DNA from: Leptospiraceae bacterium
GTDB lineage: Bacteria > Spirochaetota > Leptospiria > Leptospirales > Leptonemataceae
Assembly: GCA_040217195.1 (NCBI GenBank)
Contig: JAVJNR010000005.1
Location: forward strand, 224,001 to 288,000
Length of the DNA: 64,000 bases
Reading direction: 5' to 3'
Shown: positions 1-10,400 of the stretch, piece by piece
Layout: the number at the start of each line of letters is the position of its first letter
How positions within the stretch are numbered: position 1 is the first letter of the stretch
Notes under the pieces: generated by a model
What the model saw: the letters and a program-made list of their open reading frames with translations, nothing else
Database searches by the model: none
What the model was told of the DNA's origin: nothing
Position numbers and translations under genes: made by a program

Positions 1-1
1 A

Positions 2-892
2 CTGAGCTACGCAGGCATATTGCTCTTCGCCCAGGCAGTATTGTTGCATCGGTTCTGGAGATCTCTGAAAATTCATTGGCCCGGCAGGCAGCCGGCCGGA
101 GACTCCGGGGAAAATCAAAACATTCACCGGGCCAGACAGACTGTAAAACGAGTAGGGTTTACATCAATCTGGGCATTCCTCTGGCTTTCTGGCTTGATTT
201 TACTACTCATGAATGGCTCTCGATCCGGTCAGATCGGTACATTGATCTCTCAGTTAATCATTGTTTTCTATATCTTCCGAGAAAAGTTCTCACTTATCAG
301 GCAAAGAATGACCGGTCCGGGGACTTCGCTGGCAATCATCTCGGGAATCCTAATTCTGGGCGGTGCGTACATCTATTTCCTGGATTTCGGTACGCACCGG
401 CATACGGATTATATGCGACCTTTGATCTGGAAAGGCTCCCTGTCCATTTTCCTGGAGCATCCATTGCTGGGCGTGGGCCCCGGAAACTTCACGGACTGGT
501 TCCATGAATGGATCCAGGCATTTTATCTAGAGCATCCACGGACCATGTACTTTCTGGAAATCACTCCGGATAGTCATGCCCATAATGATCTTCTTCATCT
601 TCTGGTGCTGGGCGGTATTCCGGCAGGTTTACTCTTTCTTACGTTGATCTATCATAGCACAAAATCACTGATAGCTGCCATGAATTTCAGCGAGAATCCA
701 GAATCCAGGAATCTGGTGGATCTGGAAGTGGCCATGCGAAGCACAGCGCCTGCATTCTTTGTGGCAGGTCTCTCCCAGTGCTACTTCCAGGACGATGAGG
801 TAGTCGTAGTTTTCTGGTTCTTCTTGATGGCAGCAGAGGCCCTGCGATTCGTTCGCAGGACACAAAGAGCCAGAGAAACAGCCAGTATCTAG
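2..892 (+). CDS. O-antigen ligase (Wzy_C/WaaL-like) family membrane protein, 5'-truncated by the window edge
   Basis: Frame is open from base 2. Multiple TM segments; motifs GSRSGQIG, R..IW..S..IF.EHPLLGVGPGNF and HAHNDLLHLLVLGGI are typical of Wzy_C. Confidence 0.85.
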   Translation: MSYAGILLFAQAVLLHRFWRSLKIHWPGRQPAGDSGENQNIHRARQTVKRVGFTSIWAFLWLSGLILLLMNGSRSGQIGTLISQLIIVFYIFREKFSLIRQRMTGPGTSLAIISGILILGGAYIYFLDFGTHRHTDYMRPLIWKGSLSIFLEHPLLGVGPGNFTDWFHEWIQAFYLEHPRTMYFLEITPDSHAHNDLLHLLVLGGIPAGLLFLTLIYHSTKSLIAAMNFSENPESRNLVDLEVAMRSTAPAFFVAGLSQCYFQDDEVVVVFWFFLMAAEALRFVRRTQRARETASI

Positions 893-910
893 ATCCAGGA
901 GTTTTCTAGA

Positions 911-1699
911 TTAGAACCTGGTTGGAAATCGATTCAGGCCACAATCCGCCGAGGGATTCACGCTTCCAAAATCAATAATCATCGCTTCCGGCGCTGAACC
1001 AGCTTTTTTTGCATTGATTACCAGCCGACCCGGTATTGCAGGTTCTCTGGAACGCAGTCCCTGAAGATCCACTCGAATATTCTCCGCAGATTGCTCGTTC
1101 TCATAGAGTATTTGCTCCAGAAAACCAGAGGTGAACTTATATTCTATTTTTTGTCCTGGATTGTTTACCAGTACGGATACGCTACCGTCTGGATTTTCGC
1201 TCCATTTACCACTGGCTACTACGTTCTCTGGAAGGCCGGCAAAGAGCAATTCTTGAAAGAATACGAATGGAAGTTGAATGGAATTCTGACCCATTCCCTG
1301 CACCATCAAATTCTCCACAGGAATCGTCTCCATACGTTCCATCTTGACATTCTTTACATAAGCCTTCTCGTCCAGAACACTGAGTTGACTTAGTGTAATA
1401 CCAATGTACGGAATTCTAAACTCAAGATGCAGTCTTCGATTCTGAGGATCGCTGCGAACTTCGCCCACCGCAGACTGGGAACCTTCAGCATTGCGGATGC
1501 TAATATTGAATCCTGCAAGAAAGCAACCCCCCGGCTGGTAATTGGCCACAATCCTTTCTTTTTTGGCTTTTAAACCTGGCGGTAATTCAGGCTCAGGCTT
1601 TACATCCGTGGTCTGGCAGAAGCTAATGCGACTGGTGGTGGCCAGTAAAAAAGCCAGCATTATCGCCGAACCAGGTCTCATATTCTTCTTTATATTCAT
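911..1699 (-). CDS. Exported protein, LolB/DUF4292-like fold candidate
   Basis: N-terminal signal-like region ending in SFC; beta-rich body (LHLEFRIPYIGITLSQLSV...LPFVFFQELLFAGLP); AAGGAAG RBS; lies downstream of a TPR gene. Confidence 0.5.
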   Translation of the reverse strand: MNIKKNMRPGSAIMLAFLLATTSRISFCQTTDVKPEPELPPGLKAKKERIVANYQPGGCFLAGFNISIRNAEGSQSAVGEVRSDPQNRRLHLEFRIPYIGITLSQLSVLDEKAYVKNVKMERMETIPVENLMVQGMGQNSIQLPFVFFQELLFAGLPENVVASGKWSENPDGSVSVLVNNPGQKIEYKFTSGFLEQILYENEQSAENIRVDLQGLRSREPAIPGRLVINAKKAGSAPEAMIIDFGSVNPSADCGLNRFPTRF

Positions 1700-1883
1700 A
1701 ATCTTCCTTTATCTAAGTTTGTCTTTCTATCTAGAGATAATTACAGGGATTCACGAACTCTCTGGCCGATGACCCGCTCCATATCAGGCAAATTGCAGGT
1801 GCAGTCAAATAAGGATCCTGAGAAATCTGGCACATCCTCGGCGCTCTTCAGTGGATTCAAGAAACTGTTTTAGCATAGCAGCC

Positions 1884-3914
1884 TTATCTTCCTTTTAACT
1901 GGCTCATTTTTTGTCGAATGGTCTTTTCCCAGCTATCCGGCCGGCGGGCCGGCCCTTTATTCATTCGAAGAGCTTCCTTGTAAGATTCCAGAGCGCGCAA
2001 TGGCATCTCTAATTTGTGGTAAACATCGCCCAGATGTTCGTAGATTTCTGGACTGGGGCTACTATCATTCTTCATCAGTGTGGCTGCCATTTCAAGATGA
2101 AAGCGTGCCAGATTATATTGACCTGTGCGAAAATAGACCCAGCCCAGACTGTCCCTGTAGGAGGCATTGGATGGCTCCTGCTGCACCGCTTTCTCTACCA
2201 GATCACGAGCCTTATCCAGATTTTTTCCTTGATTCGCATACAGATAGCCCAGGGAGTTCTGAGCCGGTGCAAATTCTGAATTGGCAGAAAGCACTTCCAG
2301 ATATCCCTTCTCGGCCTGGTCCCATTTTCCATCCTCCGAAAGAAGTACAGATTCCAGAAAGAGATAATCCAGGCGATTGGGAGCTAATTCGCGGGCCCGA
2401 TTCATATGCTTCAGTGCACTGTCCCAGTTATGCTCTCTCCATTCTACAAGTCCCAGAACCATATGAGTTTCATGTCGATCCGGCGATTGTTCAATCTGTT
2501 TATTCAGAATGGTCCTTGCATCGGAAAATCGGCGAATCTCTTCATGGGAATACAGCCTGGCAAGATTCTCCACAGCCACAGCACGATTCAATCCTTCGCC
2601 CCACTCATTATCCCGATCTCCCACAGAAATGGTGCGCTCGGCCTCGATCAAGGCCCGATGAGGCTGACCGGAATCCTGTAGATGGACCCAGCTAAGTCGA
2701 TGAATTTGAAACTCGGAAATGTTAAGATCCGGTCTTTCCTGTTTAAACTTACGTGCAATCTGGATGACCTTCCAGCCAGTATCTGGCTCACCCAGTCGAG
2801 CTGCCAGTTCGCTTACAGCAATCAATTCAGACGCATAGGCATCAAAGGCCTCCTGTTGCTTTAAAGCATAAAGCAATGCAACCCGGGCCGGCAAATGATC
2901 CGGATGCTTCTTTACGAATTGCAGAAGCGGCCTGTAGGTGGCAGGAGACTGATTTGTGAGCAAGAACCAGTATTGCTGCGCAAGCGGATTGGAGTCTTTA
3001 CATCGAGAGAAATAAACAATGGCCCGCGGATCAAATCGCATCATGAAGATCTGGCCAAGAATAAAATCCAACCGCCCGGTATCAATGCCTGCCTCTTTGA
3101 GCTGATCTATTGGCATTCGATCCAGCTTCAGTAAATGAGGCAATGAGCGATTGTACTTGCCGTTTTCGAAATAGACTCCAGCACCCAGCAGATAGCGCCC
3201 CCCGACGCTTTCTGGATGATATTCAAGAAAGCGAAGAGCATACAGCGATGCTGTTTCCGTGTCCTGTTTGCCAACATAGAATACAGCCAATTTCCATAGA
3301 GAGTTAGATCTGTAATATCCGCTGCGAAAATCCCCTGGCGGAGAAACATGAAGTACTCTTGTATAGTAGTTCATGCTCTTTTCTTCTGCTCCGGCCACTC
3401 TAAAGAGCTCAGCCGCATGGTAGTTCAGCTCTACATTGGATGGAAATCGGTTAAGAGCCTCCAGAGTTAATTCCAGAGATCTTTCTTCGCTACCCAGGTC
3501 TGCCATTAGCAAAAGACCGTCCATCAGATCCCCTTCGGTGGTTGGATCTTTCAGTGCCGCTTCTACCTGGGCCAGGGCTTGCTCATTTCGTTTTAGCTGC
3601 AATAGTACCTGAGCATATTGTAGCCTTACAAAGTCCAGCCCGGATGAGACGCTTTCGGGCTGTTGTATTTCCTTTACGGTGTCCAGATACTTCTCAAATA
3701 ACAGGGCTGCCTCGGCATGATCTTTTCTGGACTGAGCTGCGAACGCTTTCTGCAATAGCAACCCTGCACCCGGCGTGGAGGGCTCCCTTTCTTCCAGGGG
3801 ATTCGGTTCGGCTTTTACGCTGGCAGGCGCGGAAAGAAGCAACCCGGCAAGAAGAATTAAGGAAAAAGTGGACCGGCGGTAAAAGCCGGAAGAATCAGTT
3901 GAGTCTGTCCGCAT
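1884..3914 (-). CDS. Exported multi-TPR protein
   Basis: Signal peptide after MRTDST. C-terminal TPRs AQNSLGYLYA...YRDSLGWVYFRTG...IYEHLGDVY. Start moved to ATG 3914 to remove the overlap with the divergent gene. Confidence 0.85.
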   Translation of the reverse strand: MRTDSTDSSGFYRRSTFSLILLAGLLLSAPASVKAEPNPLEEREPSTPGAGLLLQKAFAAQSRKDHAEAALLFEKYLDTVKEIQQPESVSSGLDFVRLQYAQVLLQLKRNEQALAQVEAALKDPTTEGDLMDGLLLMADLGSEERSLELTLEALNRFPSNVELNYHAAELFRVAGAEEKSMNYYTRVLHVSPPGDFRSGYYRSNSLWKLAVFYVGKQDTETASLYALRFLEYHPESVGGRYLLGAGVYFENGKYNRSLPHLLKLDRMPIDQLKEAGIDTGRLDFILGQIFMMRFDPRAIVYFSRCKDSNPLAQQYWFLLTNQSPATYRPLLQFVKKHPDHLPARVALLYALKQQEAFDAYASELIAVSELAARLGEPDTGWKVIQIARKFKQERPDLNISEFQIHRLSWVHLQDSGQPHRALIEAERTISVGDRDNEWGEGLNRAVAVENLARLYSHEEIRRFSDARTILNKQIEQSPDRHETHMVLGLVEWREHNWDSALKHMNRARELAPNRLDYLFLESVLLSEDGKWDQAEKGYLEVLSANSEFAPAQNSLGYLYANQGKNLDKARDLVEKAVQQEPSNASYRDSLGWVYFRTGQYNLARFHLEMAATLMKNDSSPSPEIYEHLGDVYHKLEMPLRALESYKEALRMNKGPARRPDSWEKTIRQKMSQLKGR

Positions 3915-3996
3915 GGATGCGTTAACTTTTAGATGAGGAAACCTCAGTTCCAGATTTTTTTTGGCTGGCCGGGAGGCTTTTTTCCTGTGATCTGGG

Positions 3997-5220
3997 GTGA
4001 TGATTCGGCTGATCCTGCGACAGATGAGCAAGTACCGCTGGCCTATTCTCGGGCTGGTTCTGGTCTGGGCCCTGGCAGGCTACTGGTTAAGCAAGAACCG
4101 ATACCGTATCGTATCCTTCCTGTCTTCCATCAGCACAAATTATCCGGACCCAGGCAAGCAGGATGCATCCCATGCCTATTTTCAATTTGTAAAACCGGCC
4201 CTGGATTCCATAAGCGAAGATGGAATCCGGCTGGATCTTATGAAACGGGCCTGTCCGGATCGAAGCGAAACGCCATTCTTTGAGGTCGAGTTGGCCCGTA
4301 ACCACTGGCTTGAAAAGATTCGTAGCTGGAATGTTGCCGAGCCAGGAGAAAGCCCGAGGGTGGTGGAGCCCACCGGCTACTGGAAAAATAACAAGGATCA
4401 GGTACTGGATGCCCTTCAAGAAATCATCCATGCCACTTATTATGCTTATGAAATTACCGGTGAAGATCGGGGACTTCCGGGCCAGGAAACCATTCTAATT
4501 CCGGCTCTGGTCAGTGAATATGCAGAAGCACTTTGCATGCCTCTTATCGGTCGATTGTCCTGGGGTGATTACGTGGAGTTTCAGGAGCAAAGAGCCTTTC
4601 TGGAACTGGAGAAAGATGAGCCAGAGTATTTCAAGTATAGATTACCTGCAGAGCGGGATTTACTGGCAATGGGCAGTCTGCGAAACTCTAGAAATTACCA
4701 GGAAGCTCTGTTGCAGTATCTGGGTGGTGGTGCACCTTCTCCTTTCGCGCCCGAAGGTTGCATAACTCGATCTCTGGTCTGTATGGCCCCCCGGGAAGCG
4801 TTTCAAGTTTACAACAAGTTAATCTTCGCCGCTCCCGAGGAAAGGTTGCCATATCTGTATCTGGAACAGGGGCAGGTACTGGGCTGGCTGGGCCGAAAAG
4901 GTGACGATACCATGGAGGATCCCTATTCTCTGGCACTGGATACGATCTATGGAGCCACACAGCATCGTTCCCTGGAGAAAGCCGCCCGGCTGGAGATGGT
5001 CCGAATCTATGTAAATACGGACAAATATGAAGAAGCTCGTGCCGAACTCCGACAGTTGTCTTTGATTACAAATATTGATGCGCCGGCTGCATCCGAAATT
5101 CGAGAGCTGGTGCGCAAGACTCTAAGCGCTCAGGGATTACACAGAGAGGCGGACTGTTTTTCTGAAAATCGGGGAAGCATTCGGCCACATTGCAGTAATC
5201 GCCTGGAATATCTTCGTTAA
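3997..5220 (+). CDS. Hypothetical membrane-anchored protein with helical/TPR-like C-terminus
   Basis: 407-aa ORF with a single N-terminal TM helix; stops 2 nt before the desulfurase gene. Confidence 0.7.
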   Translation: MMIRLILRQMSKYRWPILGLVLVWALAGYWLSKNRYRIVSFLSSISTNYPDPGKQDASHAYFQFVKPALDSISEDGIRLDLMKRACPDRSETPFFEVELARNHWLEKIRSWNVAEPGESPRVVEPTGYWKNNKDQVLDALQEIIHATYYAYEITGEDRGLPGQETILIPALVSEYAEALCMPLIGRLSWGDYVEFQEQRAFLELEKDEPEYFKYRLPAERDLLAMGSLRNSRNYQEALLQYLGGGAPSPFAPEGCITRSLVCMAPREAFQVYNKLIFAAPEERLPYLYLEQGQVLGWLGRKGDDTMEDPYSLALDTIYGATQHRSLEKAARLEMVRIYVNTDKYEEARAELRQLSLITNIDAPAASEIRELVRKTLSAQGLHREADCFSENRGSIRPHCSNRLEYLR

Positions 5221-5222
5221 AA

Positions 5223-6380
5223 ATGATCTATTTCGATTACAACGCCACTCATCCGCCGCTCCAATCCATCTTTGAAAATAACTGGAAACGGTATCAGGAT
5301 AATCCAGCCAATCCAAGTGGTATATCCTTCGCCTCCCAGAAGAATCAGGCATTCATTGATCGCAAAAGAAAAGAGCTGGCCGGTGCCATAGAATTACCTG
5401 CAGAATCCGTGCGATTCGCAAGTACTGGAACGGAGGCTACATACTGGCTCATCCGTAGTTTTGCATCCCGAAAGGCTTTCAAGCGATGTATACTTTCTGC
5501 CTGCGAGCATGATGCAATGATAGCAGCCTGTCAGGATGCAGGATTGAGAATCGACTATTTGCCTCTGGGAAAAGACGGTGTGGTGAACCCTTCCGATCTG
5601 CAGGATTTATTATCCAGCTACGCCTCGGAGCTGGAGGATTTCGCATTTGTGAGCGTCATACATGCATCCAATGAAACTGGAATAATTCAGCCCGTAGAGG
5701 AACTTTCTCGGATTGCAAGGAGTTATAACCTTCCTTTTCTATCAGATACAATTCAAAGTGCAGGCAAGATTCCTCTGCCCACCCGGGCGCTGGACGGTTT
5801 CTTACTTAATGGGCATAAGCTGGGGGCTGGAGCTGGATGCGCCGCAGCTGTGTTTTCTCCTGATTTTATAGAAAGTATCGTCCCTCTATACCGGGGCGGT
5901 CTACAGGAAGATGAAAGCCGGGCCGGTACCGAGAATCTATTTTCCATTGGCTGCACGGTGGACGCCTTTCTACTGCAGTTGGAGGAAATGGATAAAAAAT
6001 CCAGTAAGCTGAACCCCTGGCATCAGGCACTTGAGCAGTTCTTAAACTCCATGGGCGTGGAAATCGCAGGAGCAAAAAACCATCGAATCTCAAACACCAC
6101 TTATGCAGTTTTTTCTGGAATAGACCATATGGACTTTTTGTTGATGGGGCTCGATCAGGCCGGCATTGTATGCTCCACCGGAAGCTCCTGTAAATCCAGA
6201 ACCAGACAGCCTTCTAGAGTTCTACGAAACATGGGCTATACAGAAAAGCAAAGCATGCAGGCATTGAGGTTCTCCAGCGGCTTAAATAGCACAGAGTCGG
6301 ATTTTCAAACCCTGCAGGATACCTTGAAGCCATTACTTCAGCGTTTGATGCAGAATCCTTCCTCTGTGGGATCTGTATGA
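5223..6380 (+). CDS. iscS: Cysteine desulfurase, NifS/IscS group I (PLP-dependent)
   Basis: IYFDYNATHP, NPS, HASNETGIIQP, PLP lysine in GHK, RAGTEN, catalytic Cys in STGSSC, LRFS. Confidence 0.9.
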   Translation: MIYFDYNATHPPLQSIFENNWKRYQDNPANPSGISFASQKNQAFIDRKRKELAGAIELPAESVRFASTGTEATYWLIRSFASRKAFKRCILSACEHDAMIAACQDAGLRIDYLPLGKDGVVNPSDLQDLLSSYASELEDFAFVSVIHASNETGIIQPVEELSRIARSYNLPFLSDTIQSAGKIPLPTRALDGFLLNGHKLGAGAGCAAAVFSPDFIESIVPLYRGGLQEDESRAGTENLFSIGCTVDAFLLQLEEMDKKSSKLNPWHQALEQFLNSMGVEIAGAKNHRISNTTYAVFSGIDHMDFLLMGLDQAGIVCSTGSSCKSRTRQPSRVLRNMGYTEKQSMQALRFSSGLNSTESDFQTLQDTLKPLLQRLMQNPSSVGSV

Positions 6381-6436
6381 ATTCCATTTCCAGGACCATA
6401 GAAACCTGATTCGCTTTGGCCCAGAGCCAGGCGCAT

Positions 6437-6462
6437 AAAAAAGGCCCGGATAACCGAGCCTT
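6437..6462 (-). terminator. Intrinsic terminator after the LipL31-like gene
   Basis: AAAAAAGGCCCGG-ATAA-CCGAGCCTT; U-tract on the minus strand. Confidence 0.65.
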
Positions 6463-6491
6463 CTAACTAGCTTTCTAAATAGCTTTCTAAA
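6456..6491. repeat. 12-bp short tandem repeat
   Basis: TAGCTTTCTAAA occurs twice (6468-6491), preceded by a degenerate copy GAGCCTTCTAAC. Confidence 0.6.
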
Positions 6492-6566
6492 TTTTTGAAT
6501 TGTCAGTCCGGATTCAAGTTACCAAATCCGAACGGACCATGTATGATTTAAGTTCTGGACTTGCTA

Positions 6567-7304
6567 TTACTGGTCTGACTCTTCATCAGTAGCGGGAGCC
6601 GCAGCTTCTTCATAGCAGTTACCTGCTTTTCGCATTTCATTGTAAGCGGGAATTCCGGATTTCAGAAATGCATCCTTGTCAAATGTCTCGTTCGCATCCA
6701 CAGTAATTCGTTCTCGCATCTCTTCACGAATGGCTTCTGATTCCTGTTCCATGATTTCTTGTTTAAGGGTTGCTTCTGCATAAGCCAGACAATCATCAAT
6801 GGTCATGGAGGCGGCCTGAGCACCGTATTGAGTTCGAATTTGCTGGCATCGCTCTTCTTTCTGGGCTTCAGTAATTTTGATTTGAGCCTCAATCTTGTCC
6901 ATCATGTAGAGCCGGCTGAGGGTCTCCAGGCGAACCTGTTCCAGGATTTCTTTTACCATGGGTCGGTCGGTGAACCCTTCTTCCATGGCTCGTTGTTCGA
7001 TGATTCGCATTTCCCGGTATTGCTTGTAGTTAAATTCAGGATTCAGTAGAAGAAGAGCCTGTCGAAATTCCGGTCTGGTTTTCTGGATATCGTCTGGATT
7101 ACAGATAAATTTGATTAATGTCTTCTTTTCCGCGTTAGCCATGCGGGCTGTTTTTTCCACATAGCCTTCATAGTGACGCTCGAATTCTTTTGTTGTAATG
7201 GTATGATTTCCGATGGTTTCGATTTTCTCACCATCTTTGCAGGCGCTGATCGAAACTAGGATCGCCGCTGTAATGGAAATTAATTGAAATTGCCTTTTCA
7301 TCAA
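6567..7304 (-). CDS. lipL31: LipL31-like lipoprotein (SurA/PrsA N-domain-like)
   Basis: Lipobox ISAC; IETIGNHTIT..F...Y, NAEKKTLIKFI, CQQIR...TIDDC, FDKDAFLK resemble leptospiral LipL31; lies directly downstream of mfd; AGGAG RBS. Confidence 0.7.
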   Translation of the reverse strand: MMKRQFQLISITAAILVSISACKDGEKIETIGNHTITTKEFERHYEGYVEKTARMANAEKKTLIKFICNPDDIQKTRPEFRQALLLLNPEFNYKQYREMRIIEQRAMEEGFTDRPMVKEILEQVRLETLSRLYMMDKIEAQIKITEAQKEERCQQIRTQYGAQAASMTIDDCLAYAEATLKQEIMEQESEAIREEMRERITVDANETFDKDAFLKSGIPAYNEMRKAGNCYEEAAAPATDEESDQ

Positions 7305-7414
7305 GATTTCTCCTGCTAATGCAAATGAAAGATTGCCTGGATTTTACGCACCGATGCCTGTCTGGCCCGGTCCTCAGTCATGCCATGACATGCCACTCAG
7401 GACGGCAAGCGAAA

Positions 7415-10400
7415 CTATCGGACTGCAGCTTCCTTTTCCCTTTCATGGATGGGCGCCGTAAGTTCCATAAGAGCGGCCAAAAAGGCAGATAGCCTGTCCT
7501 CCAGACCGGCCTTCTGAAGCGCTCCGGAAGGTTCAAAATACAGAGTATCCGATTTGCCAGGCTTAACACGAAAGCCCTTTCCAGATTTGAGTACCTGGAT
7601 CATATGCTCCGGTGGGATTCGGAAATTCTCTCCGGCCTCCAGCTGAATCAGTCCTGCCGCTTCCTCAAATACCTTTTCGAATCCAGCGCTGGAGCAAAGT
7701 GTACGAATCTTTTCAACTATAACAAACTGCCGGGCCGCGCCCAGGGGATCCCCGAACCGATCTTCCATCTCTGTGGCCAGGCTTTCCACCTCTTCCAGGT
7801 CTGTGGCGGCTTCGAATCTTTTATAGAACTCAATTTTCTGTCGAGTATCTGGAATGTAATCGTCTGGAAGATAAAAGTCTGTTTTTAGATTTACGGCGCA
7901 GCGGAAATCGGAGGGCACATCTTCGCCTTTCAGTCGACGGACTGCATCGTCCAGAAATTTGATGTAAAGTTCATAGCCCACATCCATAATATCACCGCTC
8001 TGCTCTTTACCCAGAAGGTTTCCGGCCCCTCGGATCTCCAGGTCACGCATGGCCACTTTAAAGCCACTGCCCAGTTCCTGATATTCCAGCAAAGTATTCA
8101 GACGTTTCTGAGCATGTTCGGTGAGTATATGCTTACCTGGATGAAAGAAATATGCATAGGCCTGCCTGGAAGATCGGCCTACTCGACCCCGAATTTGATA
8201 CAACTGAGATAGACCAAATGAATCTGCACGATCCACGATCAAAGTATTTACGTTGGGCATATCGATGCCATTTTCAATGATTGCGGTGGTCAAAAGCAGA
8301 TCGTATTTTCGATTCACAAAATCCAGAAGTACATTTTCAATGTCATCTTCATCCATCTGCCCGTGCAGAGTGGTAAAGCTTACATCCGGCATCAACTCTT
8401 GAATTCTGGCAGCCACTGCATCCAGATCCTGAATCCGGTTATGCAGGTAGAACACCTGACCGCCCCGTTCCAGTTCCCGCTCCACCGCCTCCATCAGAAC
8501 CGTATCGGAATCCTCCATTACAAAGGTTTGCACAGCTCTTCTATCTCTGGGAGGAGTTTGAATGATGCTCAGGTCTCGAATGCCTGTAAGCGAAAGATGT
8601 AATGTCCTGGGAATGGGTGTGGCCGTTAGAGTCAGTACATCCACCAGAGCTTTCATTTTCTTCAGAGCTTCCTTATGAGTTACTCCAAATCGCTGCTCTT
8701 CATCCACAATTAGAAGTCCTAGATTCTTGAACTTAATATCTTTGGCCAGCAATGCATGGGTTCCGATTACAACATCCACATCCCCTGCTTCCAGCTTCTG
8801 CTTTGCTTCCGTAATTTCCTTTCGAGTGCGAAAGCGAGATATCCAGTCCACACGAACCGGGAAATCCCCGTAGCGTTCCTTGAAATTCTTAAAATGCTGT
8901 AGTGCTAGAATCGTTGTTGGACAGATTACAGCCACCTGTTTACCACCCATTACCGCCTTGAATGTAGCACGGATGGCCACTTCTGTTTTTCCATACCCGA
9001 CATCTCCGCAGACCAGCCGATCCATAGGTCGAGGGGTCTCCATGTCCTGCTTCACGGATTCAATGGCGGTGATTTGATCTGGAGTTTCTTCAAACGGAAA
9101 GGCAGCTTCGAATTCTTCCTGCCATGGAGAATCCGGAGGATAGGCATATCCTTTTCGACTCATGCGAGCTGCGTATATTTTCAGTAGTTCTTCAGCGAAT
9201 TCTTCGATCCGCTCTTCCACTCTTTCTCTTACTTTCTTAAAAGAAGCACGTCCCAGATGATCCAGTCTGGGCTTATCCGTGGGCGCCGCATATTTCTGGA
9301 CCAGAGAAATCTGGTCCAGCGGAACAAAGAGCTTGTCCTGATCTGCATATTCTAGAACCAGAAAGTCTCTTTCTCGGCCCGCCGCCTTGACTCGCTCCAG
9401 CTTGATGAACTTTCCAACGCCATGATTGATATGAACTACAAAGTCACCTTCTTTGAGATCCAGGAAGGATTCTATAGGCGAAGAGGATCTGGCTTTGAAT
9501 CTATTTCTCTTTCTGTAGCCGCGACCAAATATATCATGATCGGACCAAACAAATAAATTCAGCTCTGGCACTTCAAAGCCAGAGTTGCGAAAGTTCTGTA
9601 TTACATGCAGTACAGGCTTTTCGCTGGATGCAGAGCTAGAAGATACATTGTTCTTTTTCAGCGCTGACGTTGCTCTGGATTTGCTGGTTTTACTCGACTT
9701 TCTTGCTGTCAGGCTCGATTTAGATCCGCCTGGCTTTTTCTGGCTTCCTGCATTTCTGTCGGAATCGGAAAAGGAAAGTGGTCCATCCGGATCTTCAGTA
9801 ACAGAAAGAGTTACAGGCTCGCCGCGAAAGATTCCGGAAATTCTTTGAATCTGGGCATGGTAGGGAGACGTGAGTATCACTGTGGCCCTCTGCTCCAGTT
9901 TATCTTCTACAGCTTTGCGAAGTTCTGATATGCGGCCTTGAAAACCGGACGCGGCCTGAATCATAGGCCGCTGCACATCAGATGCACTGTTTAGATCCGC
10001 CAGATCCTGCGTAAGTCGGAAGATGGCCCGAATGTTTTTCGGAAGTTCCGGACTTTCCTGTCCTTCCTCTTGCTCCAGATTTTCCAGATTGAGAGGATCC
10101 TCGGCCAGAATTTGCTCCGGGGAAGCAGCCATCCGATTGTGACACTCTGCTTCAAATATTATATGATGTTCCGTTATAACCCTGTGTCTGTGCTTTTCTA
10201 TATCTTCACTTTGAAGAACAATGACCAGGGGCTTTTGCGGGAAGCAATCCAGCAGACTTTTATTTTCCAGGAAGTCTACCAGCACATCCTCCAGTCCCGG
10301 CAGGTTTCGACCTGGATAGAATTGCTCGTTTGGTTCAAGTTTACCGGACGGATGCTGGCTTTCCAGCTCTGATAGCCAGTCCGGAGTTTCGCATCCTTCA

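Noticed and set aside
3915..4031. Apparent head-to-head overlap of the TPR gene with the 3997 gene
   Set aside because: It disappears when the TPR start is placed at ATG 3914, which also gives a sensible signal peptide.
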